A DNA stretch of 64,000 nucleotides, taken from positions 38,068,001 through 38,132,000 of the forward strand of contig OZ360245.1 of the NCBI GenBank assembly GCA_977017645.1, given 5' to 3'. A program made the position numbers and the translations under genes. Numbering within the stretch: the stretch's first letter is position 1; each line of letters begins with the position of its first letter. The notes under the pieces were generated by a model. The model was given only the letters and a program-made list of their open reading frames with translations. It ran no database searches and was not told the DNA's origin. Of this stretch, positions 61,755-64,000 are shown in pieces. The DNA is from Torpedo marmorata (lineage: Eukaryota).

Positions 61755-61952
61755 TAAAGGTTAAAGGTTCCATTATTGTCACGTAATACTACATTTAGAA
61801 TGTAACATACATGAAATTCTTTAATTTTTGTCTACCGTAAGACTTGACAGAGAGTCGCTACTTTGTCCAGCGCCCCTCACAGAAACCTACAGCACCTGGT
61901 GTTCCCTAGGCGGTCTCCCCTCCAAGTACTGACCAGTCCTGCGCCTGCTCAG
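61755..61952 (-). mobile_element. 5S rRNA-derived SINE (SINE3-type), second copy
   Basis: Reverse complement ctgagcaggcgcaggactggtcagtacttggaggggagaccgcctagggaacaccaggtgctgtaggtttc matches the 5S 3' half; body nearly identical to 22833-23023. Confidence 0.87.
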
Positions 61953-62299
61953 ACAATCCCAATCGTATTGAGGCTATTGGTGCTGTTCAAGTAAACACCA
62001 CCTTTACAGTATTTACATATAAGGAACTAGAACTCCACAGATCGTCACAGATATAATTTCACCAGCTATGTTAGATCAATCTACCAATTAATAATTCAAT
62101 ATCGTAAATGCACAGAGTTGATGGAATATTGCAGATTTTATTCCAAATTACCCTCAAAGAGTGGGTGTGTACAATGTAGTCTTCTGAAGATTTTACTGAT
62201 GGTATCTTCAAAGCAGTGCTGATTTGAAAAGGCATGCTGGTGCTTCATTGGCTACGATCACCAGGTCAACGGGAGATAAATGAAAATCCCAAAAAAGCA

Positions 62300-62445
62300 G
62301 CAATTGCTGAAAATCTGAAATAAAAACAGAAAAACGCTGGAGGGTTCTGACAGACAACCTCTGACCTGAAACATTGATTTGTTCCTTTACACAGATGCTG
62401 TCTGACTTGCTACGTGTTTCCAGCATTTTTCCATTTCTATTTCAG
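62300..62445. mobile_element. Ancient fold-back Penelope-terminus relic (similar relics near 37085-37240, 50085-50170 and 59660-59740)
   Basis: Arms tctgaaataaaaacagaaaaacgctgg / ccagcatttttccatttctatttcaga; internal acctgaaacattg and gatgctgtctgacttgct. Confidence 0.55.
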
Positions 62446-63869
62446 ACTGAAGTTAAGGTCGTTACCAAGTTCGAGTCACGGGAAAGCTGTGCTGAATGCG
62501 ACAGAGTGTGCACATAACTGCAGCCTCTTTTTTTTGGAAGCTCATACTGGGACACTCGAGTCCAGCTGTGAATAAACATGTTTCAGGGCAATTGGAGAGC
62601 CTGCCATTCAAGTTCACCATTAGCCGCACATGTTACCCACTGACCTGAATTCTCTCAGTGAAAGTCATCACGTACATCTCTGTTTCAGCAGACCTTGTGG
62701 GGAAGAGTATAGCCCATCATGCACAAGACAGCAGGAATTCCATGCTTCTGTTGCTGTTTTTTTTGGCCTCACACGCGCGCTGCCCACCTCCCTGTAATTA
62801 GTAGGGCAACCTGCCTCTCAATGCATAATTAGCACTGCAGTGGTATTTTGCTTTTGTAACACTTAATCAAGTCAATTTAAAAACATGTTTTCAGTAAACC
62901 TTACAAGAACTTGCATCAGAAAACATTGTACACATACTCAAAGTGCTTATTCACATGCAGTTTAATGTTTTAAAGATAACATTTTAACATGTAGATTTAA
63001 AATATTTCACAAAGTTCTCTGATATTTAATGTTTGCTATTTATTTTGACACAACAGTTAATTTCATAGGAATGATTTTTAAATATGTTAATAATCCAAAA
63101 TTGATATCGTGAAAATAAACCATTGATCTCAGGAGTAGCTCCTTCAGACAGCCTCTGCATTGATTTCCTCAACAAATCGTCTTGCAAAAACAATCTGATA
63201 ATTTGTGGTTTACAGATTTCCTGTGACTGTGCATTTAGTTTGTGTTTTGATTTTCCAATCCATTCTATTCATTTTTTTTTATTGTGGAGTAACAATCTGG
63301 TATGCTTGCACTCACCGTGGGTGGAGGTTTACATATTTCAGACAATTTATTCCTTGTTCCAAGGGGGAAAAGATGTATCCTTCATTTGAAAGGAGTTGGT
63401 TTCAAAATGTGTCTAGTTTCAAGTAAAATTTGTTCCTCGAACATCTACGTGGACCTCTTGATGACTGGAGTTATTCCAACTCAACCAGTGCGGATCTTGA
63501 GCATGAGTTCATTCTTTGCCCATGTACGAGTTGATTTATGTTGGTTTCTGTTCCAGCAACATCTTGACATTTAAAAAAAAAAGTCTTCCCTGATTTCAAA
63601 TGTGACTTCATCCCTCTCCTCGCTCTGCAGCTTTCAAACTGCTTGAAATCTCTTCTCCTCTCCAATTCTGGCTTCTTCCGTCACTCTTATATTAATTGCT
63701 CGACAACTGGTGCCCTAAGATCTGAATTTTCCACCTTCAAACTCCTCATCTCAGTTTAAGATTATCATTTTGGAGTAAACTGTTGTAATAGTTTCTGATC
63801 ATTTTCTTACATGGCTCAGTGAGTTTTACATCAAAGTGTACTCCAATCACCACTACTCCTGTACTCCTC

Positions 63870-64000
63870 CACCATCAGACTCCTCAACGACAGACTCATT
63901 TAAGGACTCTTACTTGTGCACTTTATTGATTTTCTTTTGTTCTCTCTGCATTGCACAGTCAGTTTGTTTACATTCATTATCTGTTTACAGTTCTTTTATT
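63870..64000 (+). mobile_element. Rex1/Babar-type LINE 3' end fragment
   Basis: ccaccatcagactcctcaac (TIRLLN) followed by a 3' UTR-like tract with ttgcac motifs. Confidence 0.5.

Overview
Eukaryotic, repeat-rich vertebrate DNA, most likely from a cartilaginous fish (ray/skate type). That assignment is inferred from HE1/V-SINE-like SINEs, a DeuSINE remnant and CR1, Rex1/Babar, L2, Tx1 and Neptune-type Penelope elements. I could not identify any intact host protein-coding gene: every long ORF is transposon-derived or an antisense/shadow frame of a transposon. Main contents: (1) a 5.6-kb Penelope-like (RT + GIY-YIG) insertion made of an inverted partial copy fused to a near-full-length copy, each outer end carrying a minimal hammerhead ribozyme; (2) several short fold-back derivatives of the same terminus, four with 12-18 bp target-site duplications and a recurring long-end/short-end asymmetry, which is the best candidate for an under-described system; (3) two copies of a 5S-rRNA-derived SINE; (4) non-autonomous DNA transposons (Chapaev3, hAT, Tigger-like, Harbinger-like); (5) a CpG-island promoter near 45.4-46.2 kb with divergent splice donors; (6) a TE-poor, CpG-retaining, probably regulatory block at about 10.6-20.6 kb. 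Boundaries of old repeats are approximate because they were read by eye.
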